This document shows positions 12,997 through 25,702 of a stretch of 64,000 nucleotides of DNA, in pieces (position 1 is the stretch's first letter; the number at the start of each line of letters is the position of its first letter). The notes beneath the pieces were generated by a model. The model had not been told where the DNA came from. It was given only the letters and a program-made list of their open reading frames with translations, and ran no database searches. This stretch comes from Xylographa opegraphella. Lineage: Eukaryota. The stretch covers positions 372,001 to 436,000 of the forward strand of contig JALDZX010000015.1 in NCBI GenBank assembly GCA_022813865.1, read 5' to 3'. Both the position numbers and the translations under genes were made by a program.

Positions 12997-14630
12997 TCAG
13001 CCCTCATCTGTTCTTGTTCTCTTGGCTTCCCTAACACCTTCAACGTCCTCATCTTCATCCGCATCTTCATCCTCATCCACCACCTTCCTCTTGCCTCTCT
13101 CTCTTCTAACCCCCGCCTCGCCCTCGCCACCACCCTTTCCTTCCATCCCCCTCAACAACCGCTCGTAATCTCCCCCTTGCTCACCCAGCGCCTCCTCTAC
13201 CTTGTCTATCCTGTCCGTCCGGTCGAGCTGTATCAGCACATCCTTATTTTTCTTATAGATCCGCTGCTTGACCAGCAGTCGCCAGTAGTAATACGCCCTA
13301 TCGCCCTCATCCGTTGCCTTCGCCCTCTGCGTCAGCCTCGCAGTGCCCGCCTGCCGGTTGTGCGCCGGGATCTGCGACAGCAGGTGCATCTCCACCAGGC
13401 GATCGAACTGACGGGGTGCGAGCTTGTTTTTGAGCCGCAGAGCGCGGAGGAGGGGTTTGTCGAGGAGTTTGGCACTGGGGACCCGCACGCCGATGCGCTT
13501 GGCGGTGAGTTTGGGGTCGAGGTTTGTGTGCAGCTTGATCTGAGCGAGGGTGCCGTTCGCGAGGAGACGTGCGTAGTCGCAGTAGTCGCGAAGGTCGTCG
13601 AACGCTTCATTGGGGTCTTCGACGGTAATTTCGGTGCAGGCTGGGTCCGAGAGGAAGGTGCGGATCATGGCACCGTAGAGGCGTGTGCCGTGGGAGTGGG
13701 ATTGGTGAGGGGGGAGGATGAGAAACTGTGAGATGCGAGCCCGGCAGGGAAGGGAGGATATGGGCAGGGGAGCTGGTGGGAAGGTGAAGGGTTGGGATTT
13801 GGCAGGAATGGGGGCGGGTTGATAGGTAAGGAAGCGGTACGATGTAGAGTAGCCGACAATGGAGTAGACGGATGTGGTGGGTGAAGGAGGGGAGAGGAGT
13901 TTCTCGTAGCTGTGGAGGCATCAGCGCGGCAATTGTTTGTGAGGACGGTGGATAAGAGCTTACACGAAGAAGACACGCCATCGGGCCAGGGTCCATTCCT
14001 GGTCCTCTAGATCGAGGGAAGTACCGCCTTCGATGAAGAAGGCGATAAATATCTGCATACGTTCAAGGAGAAGTCGGGCCCACGCGTCTGTAAGTTCTCC
14101 ACACCAGATCTCAAAGTTACGGCCTCTACTAGTGTAACTCTCGATGAGCTTTCCAGGAGGAGTGAAAGTGCTTGCATTTGCCCCCTCCTGAATGTGAGTT
14201 TTGAAGCTAGATGATTTCCGGAAGGCATCTGTTTGCCAAAGGATTCAGCATAGTTGCTGTTTATTGTTGACATGAGTTTAACTCACATGGAGGTAGATGC
14301 TCCTTAAGGATTGCATGTATGTCTGTAGCTTTGGTGTCACCAACCGTCTTGAATTTTGCATCGCTGCTTATGGAGACATTGGGGTATAAGTCGTGGGCGG
14401 CGAAGCGCAGCTTGATATTTAACCCTTGATAGCCGAAGATCTGCTCCTCATCGCCGAAGACTGAGTAGGTGAACTGTGGGTGAAAGGTGGACAGTGCTTT
14501 TGGTGAATCGGCTCCAGGCTGCACCAAAGATATTTGTGTGGCTTCATTGGCATTTGACGACCCTGGAGGTGTCAGCATTGGTTCGCGTATCGGGTAGAGC
14601 TCACTCACACTCCTCATCTTGTTCAGCCAT
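12997..14630 (-). CDS. HAT1: Histone acetyltransferase type B catalytic subunit (3 introns)
   Basis: Spliced MAEQDEE|WSSNANEA...FHPQFTYSVFGDEEQIFGYQGL...FFIEGGT...RARISQFLILPPHQSHSHGTRLY...EITVEDPNEAFDDLRD. Alternative ATG at 14636. Confidence 0.96.
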
Positions 14631-14858
14631 GTTCATGAAGTAGAATGTGCAAGCCGGCTGGATCGAATGCTTCAATAATACTGGCCTACTAGGTGGTCTT
14701 CAGTTTCGCGGTTACACGAGGCGCGTGCGGAATTGTACCTAGCGTGATCTTCGTCTGGGCTGAGCGCTAGGCTCCGGATCGGCCCGAGTTTCGAAAGAAT
14801 GCCAAGCTCTATTGACGACAAGGGGCGCTTGTCATGTTCGTGATAGAATCACAATGTC

Positions 14859-17574
14859 ATGATGCTTAGAGATGCGCTAGGGGTGGAGAACGGAGAGGGT
14901 AGTTCTTCCGCGCAAGAAGCTGTTGATCTCGAATCAGGAAACTCGACCGAAGAAGACGATCCCGTGTTGTCGCATCGCCCTGACAATGATCTCCTAAATG
15001 ATGACTTCCTAGAAGATAATCCTCAGCGTCTGTCAGTGTTCCATCACTTCGTACTCCGCCTACAGCACTGACGAATGAGCTAGGCTATCTAAAGGCAAGC
15101 AAACACGACCAAGTAGATTGTCTTTGCCGAAGTTCCTCTCGCCCCTCCCAAGTCCAGGCCCAGATTCTACAAGGACTCCGCCATACTCTTCTGCTCGCAT
15201 ACGAAGGCTACGAGAACAATCTTTAAGGAATCCGTCAGATATATCCTTATCATTGACAAATGGTCATGCAAATGGAGGCAGTAAGCTGAACGATACTAAA
15301 GATGGTGGATCTATAGACTGGTATGCGGAAGGTCCCAGAAGACGGGTAGGCTACGATGATCTGACAGCGATTGACTGGATATTTGAATATACCAAGGAGC
15401 GTCAGCGCGTACGACACATATATTCTCAAGCCAAAGGGCTCGTCGGGCAAGCTCAGCAGCTCTTTGACGCTAGCCAAATATGGTTGGTGTTGATAACTAC
15501 TGGTCTGGCTTCTGGAGTTCTGGCTGCTAGTATTGACGTTGCGAGTGACTGGCTAGCAGATCTGAAGAGTGGATATTGTAGAACTGGCAATGATGGAGGG
15601 CGGTTCTATCTAAACAAGGCGTTCTGCTGCTGGGGCCATGACGAATTCGCCAAATGCATCGATTGGACGTCCTGGAGTTCGGCAGTACATGTCAACAACC
15701 CGGCGGGAAGCTATGTCATCGAGTATCTATTCTTTATCGTCTTCTCGGTTCTTTTTGCCGTATGTGCAAGTGTCCTTGTTCGAGACTTCGCCAAGTATGC
15801 CAAGCATAGTGGTATCCCAGAGATCAAAACTGTACTGGGCGGCTTCGTGATTCGTCGCTTCATGGGCGCATGGACGCTGATAGTCAAGTCTCTCGGCTTG
15901 TGCCTTGCCGTTTCCTCTGGTCTTTGGCTGGGAAAGGAGGGCCCTCTAGTCCACGTGGCTTGCTGTTGCGCAAATCTTCTAATGAAGCTTTCTGTCAGTC
16001 TCAACGATAACGAAGCTCGAAAACGAGAAGTACTTTCGGCAGCTGCAGCCGCAGGAATATCGGTTGCATTCGGGTCTCCGATAGGTGGCGTTCTGTTCAG
16101 CCTGGAACAACTGTCGTACTACTTTCCTGATAAAACGATGTGGCAAAGCTTCGTCTGCGCCATGGTGGCCGCCGTTACTCTCCAAGCTGTCAACCCATTT
16201 CGAACAGGCCAACTTGTGCTGTATCAAGTAACTTACACAACTGGTTGGCATGGCTTTGAAATGGTGCCGTTCGCTTTCCTTGGTATCGTCGGAGGCTTGT
16301 ACGGCGGTCTGTTCATCAAGCTCAACATGAGAATTGCTAAGTGGCGCCGCTCATCGAGAATCTCAGAATCTCCGGTTCTAGAGGTCACCTTAGTTGCTAT
16401 TCTTACTGCTCTGTTCAATTACCCAAATATATTCATGAGAGCTCAGTCGTCGGAGCTCGTCTATGCTTTATTCGCCGAATGTGCAGCTTTAACTGATGAC
16501 CAATTCGGTATCTGTCAGACTGGAGCCGCCTCCGCTGGTATTATTGTTCTACTCTTGCTTGCTGCAGTCCTAGGTTTCATGTTCGCGTCGATCACTTTTG
16601 GTCTTCAAATACCAGCGGGTATAATCTTACCTTCAATGGCCATTGGTGCACTATATGGCAGAGCTCTTGGCATTGTGGTCGAGCTTGCACAAAAGGCGTT
16701 CTCAGGGGCATTCATTTTCAGCAGTTGTGAACAAGATGTTGCTTGTGTTACTCCAGGAACTTATGCCATTATTGGGGCGGCCTCTGCACTGGGTGGTGTG
16801 ACTAGGATGACAGTGTCAATCGTGGTCATCATGTTTGAGCTTACAGGGGCTCTAACCTATGTACTGCCAATCATGATAGCTGTTATGCTCAGCAAATGGG
16901 TGGGCGATGCTTTCGGTAAGCGTGGAATATACGAGACCTGGATACACTTCAATGCGTATCCCTTCCTTGACAACAAGGATGATACTCTGATCCCGGATGT
17001 ACCGGTCTCTCAAATTATGACTAGGGTCGAGGAGCTCGCGACTCTGGCAGCTACAGGCCATACGTTACAAACTCTACATGACTTCCTTGCCACCAATTCA
17101 TTCCGAGGATTTCCAGTTTTGGCTGATCAGAGCAACAATATCTTTTTGGGATACATCACGCGAACAGAGCTGATGTTTGCGCTCAAAGCTGCAGCCGTGG
17201 AACCTCGCAATTTACCACCCACGACGGAAGTTTATTTCTCACACCAACCTGATACCGATCCCCTGAAGACCCTCGACCTTCGTCCATGGATGGACCAGAC
17301 ACCTATCACACTTAATGGGAAAAGCACTTTACAACTCACGATCGATATGTTCTTGAAGCTGGGATTGAAGTATGTGCTGTTTTGCGATAGGGGCGCTCTT
17401 CAGGGATTGTTGACCAAGAAAGATGTGTGGTACATCCTAGACAGCGCGGATGATGAGAATCTGGAAAATTTGAATGATTCCGAGGCAGCCAGAGCCGGCG
17501 AAGACAGCAACTTCATACGTCATACTTCCACTACAGATAGGAATGGCCTGTTAAGTGCTGTAGATCATGGATGA
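14859..17574 (+). CDS. CLC-family Cl-/H+ antiporter with CBS domains (GEF1-like; 1 intron)
   Basis: Motifs SGIPE, GKEGPLVH (gating Glu), LFSLEQL, GIILPSMAIGA and GIYE; CBS pair at the C-terminus. Exon 1 joins via gtcagt...ctgac...ctag (~15032-15083). Confidence 0.95.
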
Positions 17575-18947
17575 GATTGCGAATCACTCTATAAAAATCT
17601 ACAGTTAGTCGACTCGCTAGTATATCTGGTACATTCACCACACACTCCTAAGACCATCTGGCCAGCATACCCTTGAACCAGGAAGCATATCAGACCATAC
17701 CAGCAGCAGTCATACGACAGCCACTCGCATAGCCAACATAATGATTCACTGAAGTTCGGCAGCATCATTTATGCTGCTTGCCTTAAGACTGACATCCAAT
17801 GGCGCCTACAATTTTTCTAGCTGAGGTAGAAACACACTTGTGCTTGAATCAAATCAAGGACTCGCCACTGTCATACCGGCTTATGGCTTCCCTGTTTATG
17901 GCCAACCCCGTTATTGTATCGGTTCACCAGGTCAATTTTAGTGACCAGAAACGGCTAGATTGGTCCGAATATCGAGGACAGAGTAAATGTGCACTCTCTG
18001 TCGATAAACTTGGCCTGCGAGCATCTTGATCGCCACCATCGGCGGCTCCTCCTCCACCCAGGTGCGAAAAACCACAGCCTCTAGCGAGTGCAGACCGTAC
18101 AGCAGTTCCGCCAACAATGTCCCTATCACGAACGGTTCCGAGCCACTGCTCACGTCCCTGATCGGGCAAGCTACAGGGTCTCGTACATGAGCGGAAAGGC
18201 ACTGAGTACCAGAGCCATTTCTTCCGGGCAGGTTACTTGACGTCGCTGGCTATGAAGCAAAAGTGTGGTCTTCGCCAACTGTGCTACAGGACGGCCATGA
18301 CACTGGTAGATTGCCGTAGATAGGTGGCTATATCGAACAGAACCACACGGGACCAGAGTCAAACTATACTGATTTTCTTCCCTGAGATTCTGCATACTGG
18401 CAAGATTAATTTTACGCATCTTGTGGGACGTTTCTTCCACCTAAACCACCAATAAATCATCGGCGTAAGTGGAAAAGTAAATAGCAAGCAAGAAACACTT
18501 GATCAAAGATACCGTGTGAAAGTAAACACTCATCCATTTTGGCACTCATTCATATCGTCACTTGTGAAGTATTGCCTGCACTATATTCGTAATAAATTGC
18601 AAGCCAAGCTGCCCACTGGAGCCATAAATGCCGGTACAAATGTCTTCAAAGCAATAATGTATGATGGTATATATAGAAACCACGCTACTCGATCTCCACC
18701 ACCAAGACCAATGCCTTGCGAATTATGCTGATGCTCTCACTTCACCCGCTGGTGCTTCAGTACACGTCCCAACGCTATCTTGCGCAAAGTGGTATTTCGT
18801 TCTCGCGAGCTTTCAAAGCTACGTGCGACCATCGTTGGAACAGAGAGCGGTAGTCTTCTGAAGCAACCTTGGCACCCACCGTGACTAAGGGTAGGCAAGT
18901 TCAACGGCCTCATATGCTGTCAGATGGTCTTTCGATTCTTAAACTGA

Positions 18948-19793
18948 AACAATTGTTCCGGCGAGATCCTGCGCACGAGTTACGCTTTCACTCGGAATGG
19001 AGAGACCCAACCAAAAAGAAAGTACTGTGCCCATCAGGACGCTCTTTCCAACAACATCGGGCGAATAGGGAACGAGTATTTTTATCCCGACGAAGAGGAC
19101 CGCAAAAGATACGTTCGTGAGTATCTCGCCTTCTTCATTTCATCCGTCAGGCCGGTATCATTTCAGCAGCGGCCTTCACTGCACTGTGATTTCAGGGCGA
19201 GATCGTGCCTCCACAAGAAAGAGAGTTCCGGGTCCGACCGCTCGTACGGACATTCACCTCCCTTGTAGAAACCTGGTGGTCTCACTGGATCTCCACTCTC
19301 GTGGCAACAACGGGAATGCACAAGACCACTATCCCTTCAATTATCCCCAGCACGAACAAGGTGCGTACAACCAGACCGAGATATACGAGCACAAGTTACA
19401 AATTCTTGGACACAGACTGCACACTTCGAAGTTCCATCAGCTTCAATATTCATGCTGATGAATTCCAAAGGTTTAAACCAAGAAACATTGGAATGGTACG
19501 GGCAATCATCCGAAGTTTTTTTCTACAACTGATGTATAAGCCCTTGATAAGAATGCAGAGTCGCAACTTGGGTTATGAATTCTTGTTCTAGGGAGAGAGC
19601 AAAAGCGCAGAGGGTACTCAACATTGAAAATGCCTTGGAGTCCGCCGACAGCGACTGGAGTGCGGAGGACGTAGAAACCGGCTCCACTCTCGACGAAAGC
19701 CATGCCAGCGAGCTGTCGTTGGAGCAACTACTAGCTCAAGTCTCGTATTCGGCTCGAAAGCCCAAAGGGTCGGATGCCATGAAAATTGAATAA
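18948..19793 (+). pseudogene. Possible degenerate gene remnant
   Basis: Protein-like stretches in different frames (NIGRIGNEYFYPDEEDRKRYV; FRVRPLVRTFTSLVETWWSHW; NIENALESADSDWSAEDVE...) and a gtgagt donor-like site. No clean gene model could be built. Confidence 0.25.
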
Positions 19794-20220
19794 TACCTAA
19801 TACCATAGAACTATGTACTGGCTAATCCAGTATGAAAGTAGCCACTCACCATCATCATCAAACGAAACACGGTGGGACTGTCAGTAGTGATCGACCTCGA
19901 TGCCATTCTTCTCATGGAGAATAAGTGGTCTTGGGTATCTTCAGCTGGAGTATTGTTCACTGAGGCATTCCCAGGCACGAAGTGCTAGGGTCGATGATTG
20001 AATCCTAGATCTCCATACCAATCGGCCAGCCCCGACATCACGTACGACCAGCTGATGCTCGGGAGAGCTTACGCATCTACCGTTTGTCTCTCAACCGTAC
20101 GAGCAACAGCTCCGACGAAGGGAGACTGCTCGCCAATCAATTATCTAGCCTTGAGAACGATCCAACAGTCGCTATCCAAGGCTGATTTGTTATTCAAAAC
20201 GCAGATCACGAAGGATACTT

Positions 20221-21195
20221 TCACGAATTTTCACCCTGGTGATCTGCCTGAGCCATCGCCTTGAAGGCGTGAGATCCCGTTTTCCAGGAGCCGCTGAAAA
20301 GGTGATGGACCAGAGCGGCAGGATCATCCGGGGTCCCAGCGTTCGAATGCCTCTGGCCGTTGCCGAAAGCGGTGACGGGAAGAATCAAAATATCGTGAAT
20401 GAGCTTAGGAGCTGTAAGGCCGGTCATGTTGAGCCACGAGACCTTTGTCCCGGTAGCATCGGACAGATACTCAAAGGTCGCTGTGGTCAACATAGCTGGT
20501 CCTGTTGATGCCAAAACATCGTTGAAATTTGCCTGGATTTGACCTAACGACACCTGCTGTTTCTCGGCAAGTGCACTAATGGCTCGGATCGCATTGCGAA
20601 CAGCCAAGTCCAAGAGTGGATGGCCACTTTTTGACATGATCGTCCAGTTTACAAACTGCACAATTAGTAAAGCCGGAGCAGGATCTTGCCCAAACGTATC
20701 GTACTCCACGCCTAGTACGGCATTTGTAGCGTTTTGATACTCCGGTGGGATCCACGCATCAATGGGCTTGAGCGATTCGGTGTCAATATCGCTGTAGACC
20801 CCTCCATCACCCAGAAGTACCAAGTAGCGAATGAGATCCGCACGCAGTATATTGTCTTTCAATCCCGTGAAGACGCCGACAATATCCGATCTCTCCGCAA
20901 AGCGGTCAAGGACATATTCGTCGCAACCTCCATCGGTAAGAACTTCGTGTCGCCAAGTGGGATTCATCTCATCCCATTTCTCGAGATTCTTCCTGTCTAT
21001 TTCCCCGAGGCCCATGGGACTGCGCTTTGTGGTCTGCCATATAATTCGGCGCACTGGCTTGCCAAAGTCCGAGGCGAAAGACGACGCTGAACCCTTTATC
21101 TGGTTTAGGAGGGAGACACGGTAAAGTAGGACAATTAGGACAATGACGGTGGTCGTGATCACCAGCACTCGTAATCGCTTTGGCCCATTTGGCAT
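20221..21195 (-). CDS. Alpha-1,6-mannosyltransferase, GT32 (OCH1/HOC1-like paralog), intronless
   Basis: Type II signal anchor VLVITTTVIVLIVLL; IWQT; RADLIRYLVL..GGVYSDIDT (DXD); QFVNWTI; TGPAMLT; HHLFSGSWK. Confidence 0.92.
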   Translation of the reverse strand: MPNGPKRLRVLVITTTVIVLIVLLYRVSLLNQIKGSASSFASDFGKPVRRIIWQTTKRSPMGLGEIDRKNLEKWDEMNPTWRHEVLTDGGCDEYVLDRFAERSDIVGVFTGLKDNILRADLIRYLVLLGDGGVYSDIDTESLKPIDAWIPPEYQNATNAVLGVEYDTFGQDPAPALLIVQFVNWTIMSKSGHPLLDLAVRNAIRAISALAEKQQVSLGQIQANFNDVLASTGPAMLTTATFEYLSDATGTKVSWLNMTGLTAPKLIHDILILPVTAFGNGQRHSNAGTPDDPAALVHHLFSGSWKTGSHAFKAMAQADHQGENS

Positions 21196-21270
21196 TCTGT
21201 GCAGGGCGCTGTGCTAGACCTTCCTAAGTCATTCTCATTAGGGACTTCTGCCCTTGACAACTTGACTAGC

Positions 21271-21520
21271 TGTGTCATACTCACCGGGTGACGGTGTGAC
21301 GAGCGACTATAAGCATAGATATAGAAGCATCGGTCACGGGGCCCTTGTGGTTAAGACAATCCGTAATAGCTTGGTAAATACAACTCAGCGTTACCGGAAG
21401 AGGTTGATAGCGTCGTATGAAAGCGGTTTTATTGCTTACCATTACACTAAGAGGTACTAGCGTTTGCCTAGGTAACGTTACACAATTTCTTACTGTCGTT
21501 TGGATATGCCTTAGTATCTC
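21271..21520. repeat. TpA-rich fragment, possible RIP-mutated repeat relic
   Basis: Hand count over ~21281-21500 gives about 23 TpA versus about 13 ApT. Begins TGTCA like an LTR end, but no target-site duplication was found. Confidence 0.3.
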
Positions 21521-21961
21521 AGACATGTGCGGCGCTAAGCCTATACGGGTTAGCGCCTGCCATCCAGCCCCTTTATCGATTCGACCGTACCACCTATTTG
21601 GCTTCTTCTAAATGCTTGTCAAGCTTTCGAAAAAGCCTTTGTAGACCGCACCTTGCATGATACACTCAGAGCTTCAAATTCTAGCATATCATTCACTCTT
21701 GCCAATACGGCCAATGGAGGGCCTACAGTAAATCTAAGTCTGCCCTATGCCGCTTTCGACAAAACATTGAGCTATGGTATCGTAATATCAGATGACCTCC
21801 TATCAATCGAGTCTCAATGATATTTTCCATTGCTGAGAGCCGCAAATGATACCCAATACACGGTAGGAAAGACTTCTTACAAGAAGCGTTCGTTATAAAT
21901 TCTGCGTTCAAAATATACTCCAAAAGCTAACGCTTTATACATAGATACATCATCACGGATT

Positions 21962-22775
21962 ATGAGCGCAGAAACTTCTCCGTCAACCCGTGTTCTTGAA
22001 AGCAGGGGGCGAAACAGAACCTAGTCCCGATATGCTCCGTCATTGCCACTGGTTGAGTGTCACCCATAGGTTCAGGACCACAAGCCGTGCCAATTCTTAC
22101 GTCTACCCCCAGCACTAAGTCGGCTCTAGGATCGGGCGCCCTCGCTGGAACAGTGGTTGCCTTTGTGTTGATCATCAGTATCCCTCTAGTCATCTTGTGG
22201 GTCCGTCACCGTCGTAGCCACATCGAAGCCGAGCACCACACATCAAGCCTGGCAATTAGCGCTCTCTAGTCCGGCCACGGCATACCGGAAGAGGCATCTA
22301 AGCCCCATTGCCATATCCTGGAAGTAGATTCCTCCCCGGTTGCGGAAATGAGCGGCTCCGTAGCCTTCCCCGTCCAGTTGTACGATGAAACCAATGCCGA
22401 GAAGATAGAATACAACAAGACCGAGTCTGCGAACTGCCTGCCGTGAGGCTAAACCAACGCCAGCAGCCGCGGCCGTTTGCTCGCTCCCGTCGCTCCCGGC
22501 ACGGAAGCACCGGCCAAGACAGTGCAATGTCAGGCTTGTCGGAGCTTTTCGATGGCGACGAGAGTGCCGTACCACGCTCGACGCTTTCTCAGCGGCGGAG
22601 AACTAGTGAAGTGAGCCAGAAGAGGAATGTTAGCGATGTGAGTACGCTTCGAGATGGAAGGACCGTCGAGCTCGACTGCGAGTCCCAGGGTTGTAAGTCC
22701 AATTCAAGAGGTCCACCAGGAACCACCCTTGCTCAAATTGTAATTGTGCGGAATTCAACCCCATCCGACAGATAG
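21962..22775 (+). pseudogene. Disabled single-pass membrane protein (S/T-rich stalk, TM helix, basic stop-transfer, cytoplasmic tail)
   Basis: GALAGTVVAFVLIISIPLVILWVRHRR, then in-frame TAG at 22267-22269, then a continuing tail (ILEVDSSPVAEMSG). A frameshift near 22400 leads into ...VCELPAVRL...TVELDCES. An additional TGA lies at 22054. Confidence 0.55.
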
Positions 22776-23400
22776 TCGTTGTGGGCGACAATGCCGTCAA
22801 CTGTAATCGAGGTTCAGTGGCATACCATTTTATAAAAGTGATTATTGACAATGTATGGTCCGGTCAGTTCAGCCATTATTGAATATTGTAAACCTTTATA
22901 CTTTCCAAGCCAACGATTGAACAAAAGTGTCAATTGTAAGCTTGCTAATGGAAACACGGCTACATTGCTTGGAAGATGAAGCACAGAGAGATGATAGGAC
23001 GTGGTGTTTATATTTGCTGTTTTTATGACCTACGGCGGTAAGCCGTCATTTTCGCGCCGGGCGACCGGCTCACCGGCGCCGATCACTATGAAGCCAATAT
23101 TGTATCCTCCTTCCCGTCTGTGCGCTCGTAGTTCTGTAAGGCTCTTGGTGCCTTCGTCCGTTGTACACGGGTGAAGTTTCGTGCCGAGAAATGACTTCGA
23201 GGTATTCGACCTGCAGGTAGGGTTATAGCGTCTCAGGTCCTCCGTGCCCATTCGGTTTGAATTACCTTACGTGCAAAGTGAGTGGCGCGAACAATACCGC
23301 CCGTAGCAGCACCCAATTCCTCACCATCTCCGGACATCGAGCCCCTTCTCCGCACTCGTCGGCATTATGCTTCCTCCACCAATACTTCAGGTACCGCCCG

Positions 23401-25702
23401 TCACCGTATAAGACTCCACACCACCCCCAGCACGCCGCGCCAGCCCTTCGGCACCTCCGCGCGCGGCTCGTCATCAAATTCCGGCAAGAAGTACGCGTTC
23501 TCGAAGTCGCGGAGGGACTGGAGTCTCGTCTTGTAGATAAGCTTGTACAGCACGTACAGCACGATGAAGAGAACGGGCCCCACGTACGCGCCGACCACAT
23601 CGGCGATCAGGTACGAGGTCGGCTTGACGGTGCTGGGAGCGCCGACGCGTAGGAGGTATATTGCCGGCCAGCCGCTGAAGAGGACGATCAGCACGCAGGC
23701 GACGAGGCCGAAGATGGCGCAGAGGGGCTGCCAGTGCGCGCGGTAGTGCTGTTGCCGGTAGAGGTCATCGTCGCGGGAGAAGATCTCGTGGTTTTCGAGG
23801 CGTTTGAGGCTGAAAGGGTGTTAGCATGGTGCGTAGTCGAGAAGGAACGGGAGAAGGGGGTTCACCCTGCTTTGAAGCGGAGGAAAGCGAGGCATTCGCT
23901 GGCGTAGATACAGGCGACGGTGCCGGTGAAGAAGGCGGAGAGGGTGAGGATGGGCTAGGCAAGAAGGTTAGTGAGTTTGGGAAATCGAGGAGTTGGAAGG
24001 GAGGACGCACTTGATTGTAGGTTGTATCCGCCAGACCGAGGAAGGCGAGGAAGCCGAAGAGGGAGCAGAAGATGATGGCGGCCATGGGAGTGTGCCCGCT
24101 ATTGGTCTTGCCGAGAGTCTCTTTGATGAAGTTGTTGCCGTAAAGTTGGGAGATGGCAAAGAGAGTGCGACTGGAGATATAGAGGCAGGTGTTGCTGTAG
24201 GTCTTCTCGTTAGAATAGAAAGCAAACGGTACGACAGGACGGGACTCACCCGGTAGTATAAGCGGAGAACAAAAAGCACCCGTTTAGGAACGTTGGCAAA
24301 ACTTTTATTGTGGTATATCCCAAAGCTATGATGAATGGGGAATTGGAAGCCGAGCTATTGGCGCTCGCCCATGGGTGGAAAAGATGTGGGTCCATGTAGT
24401 TCACGTTGAAGCCAGCCAGGAAAGAGGCGAGTATGTAACAACTGATAGGGACGAGGTACATAAAGCGTGCGGCTATAGGTAGATCTCGACGTGGAGATTC
24501 AGCCTCACCTGCAGTTACAACGACATAGTCGCCGCCCATGCATGCAAACATCGCAAGCGTAATACAAGTCCTATTATCGTGTCAGATATCTACATGCTGG
24601 ACTTTAGTGGCGGAAGTACCCACCAGATGGCAAGAAATCTCCCAGAATCACCCGGGATCTCAAGCGCAGGGGCGTTGTTAGGACCAGTCGACGACGACCC
24701 GTTGAAGCCTTCCCATCGAAGCGAAGGAACAAGCGCATATTGTGTATAATCTGTATAAATTAATGGCAGGCCAATAAAGATATTTCCGAGTGCTTACTTG
24801 TGCTTCCAAAAGTGTGACCGCCAACTATCAGAAGTAATGAGCATGTGGATAGCATTTCTGCGCAACAGAGGTACAGTATACTCACCACCAACATTTATAA
24901 TGATCATAAGCACGCAGAGGGCGATGATCAACATGATCTTTAGCCACTTAACTGCTCGCTCAAGTCGGCCATATATCTATAAAGAGATAAGCATAGTTCC
25001 TATGTTTGCTGCTTCATACGCTCACTTTCACTCCCAGGGCGTTTGAAAGCAGTGTAATGACGAACAACCCTCCTAGGATTCCAGCTTTTTGGCCGCTCGT
25101 CAAGCCTTGGCCACTAGGGACAAAGTTGTTTCCCACTCGAGCGGCCGCGGCCGTCAGAGTAGCCATACAGAGGCATTGAGCGAGCCTATCACGATTGCAA
25201 TTGATTAGCTCCTTGTATATGCTGGCTCCTTGCTAACTAACCAATACATAACTCCCACAGCGAACCCAAGAGCAGGGTCGACGAAGGTATGGGGATAATC
25301 AATCAGTGCTCCCGACAGCGGCCGAACAGACACCAGTTCGGCCAAGGTCCTCATCACACAGACAATCACAATTCCTGCGACAGCAAAAGCAATGACGCTT
25401 CCTGCTGAGCCGGCAATACCAATCAGCTCGCCTGAAGTGACGAAGAGGCCGATCCCAACTGTTCCACTGAACGCAATGGCTGTAGGCACGAACATCAGTA
25501 CATGGGGGTTGAGCACAGTGTGGTGGGTTCTCTAACAAGTGATGTGATGACGTTTCAGCTTCCTGTCAAGACGGTCATGTTCAAAGAGCCGCGCGACATA
25601 GCCAGGAACACCAGAAGTGGGTCGAGTACTGCTTGTGGTACTCGCGCTATCGCTCTGTGTTTCGAAAGTATGGAGAGTGGAAGCCTCTTTCGAACGTGCC
25701 AT
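23401..25702 (-). CDS. Amino-acid permease, APC superfamily (YAT-like), divergent; about 9 introns
   Basis: Spliced MARSKEAS...RLDRKLKRHHIT|SIAFSGTVGIGLF...FVDPALGFAVGVMYW...TAGEAESPRRDLP...SPFIIA...SSRTLFAI...YRAHWQP...AYVGPVLFIVLYVLYK. Confidence 0.92.

Noticed and set aside
12922..13731. 269-aa antisense ORF over HAT1 (and 12191-12949 over PDA1)
   Set aside because: Shadow of the sense gene's biased codons; no family features.
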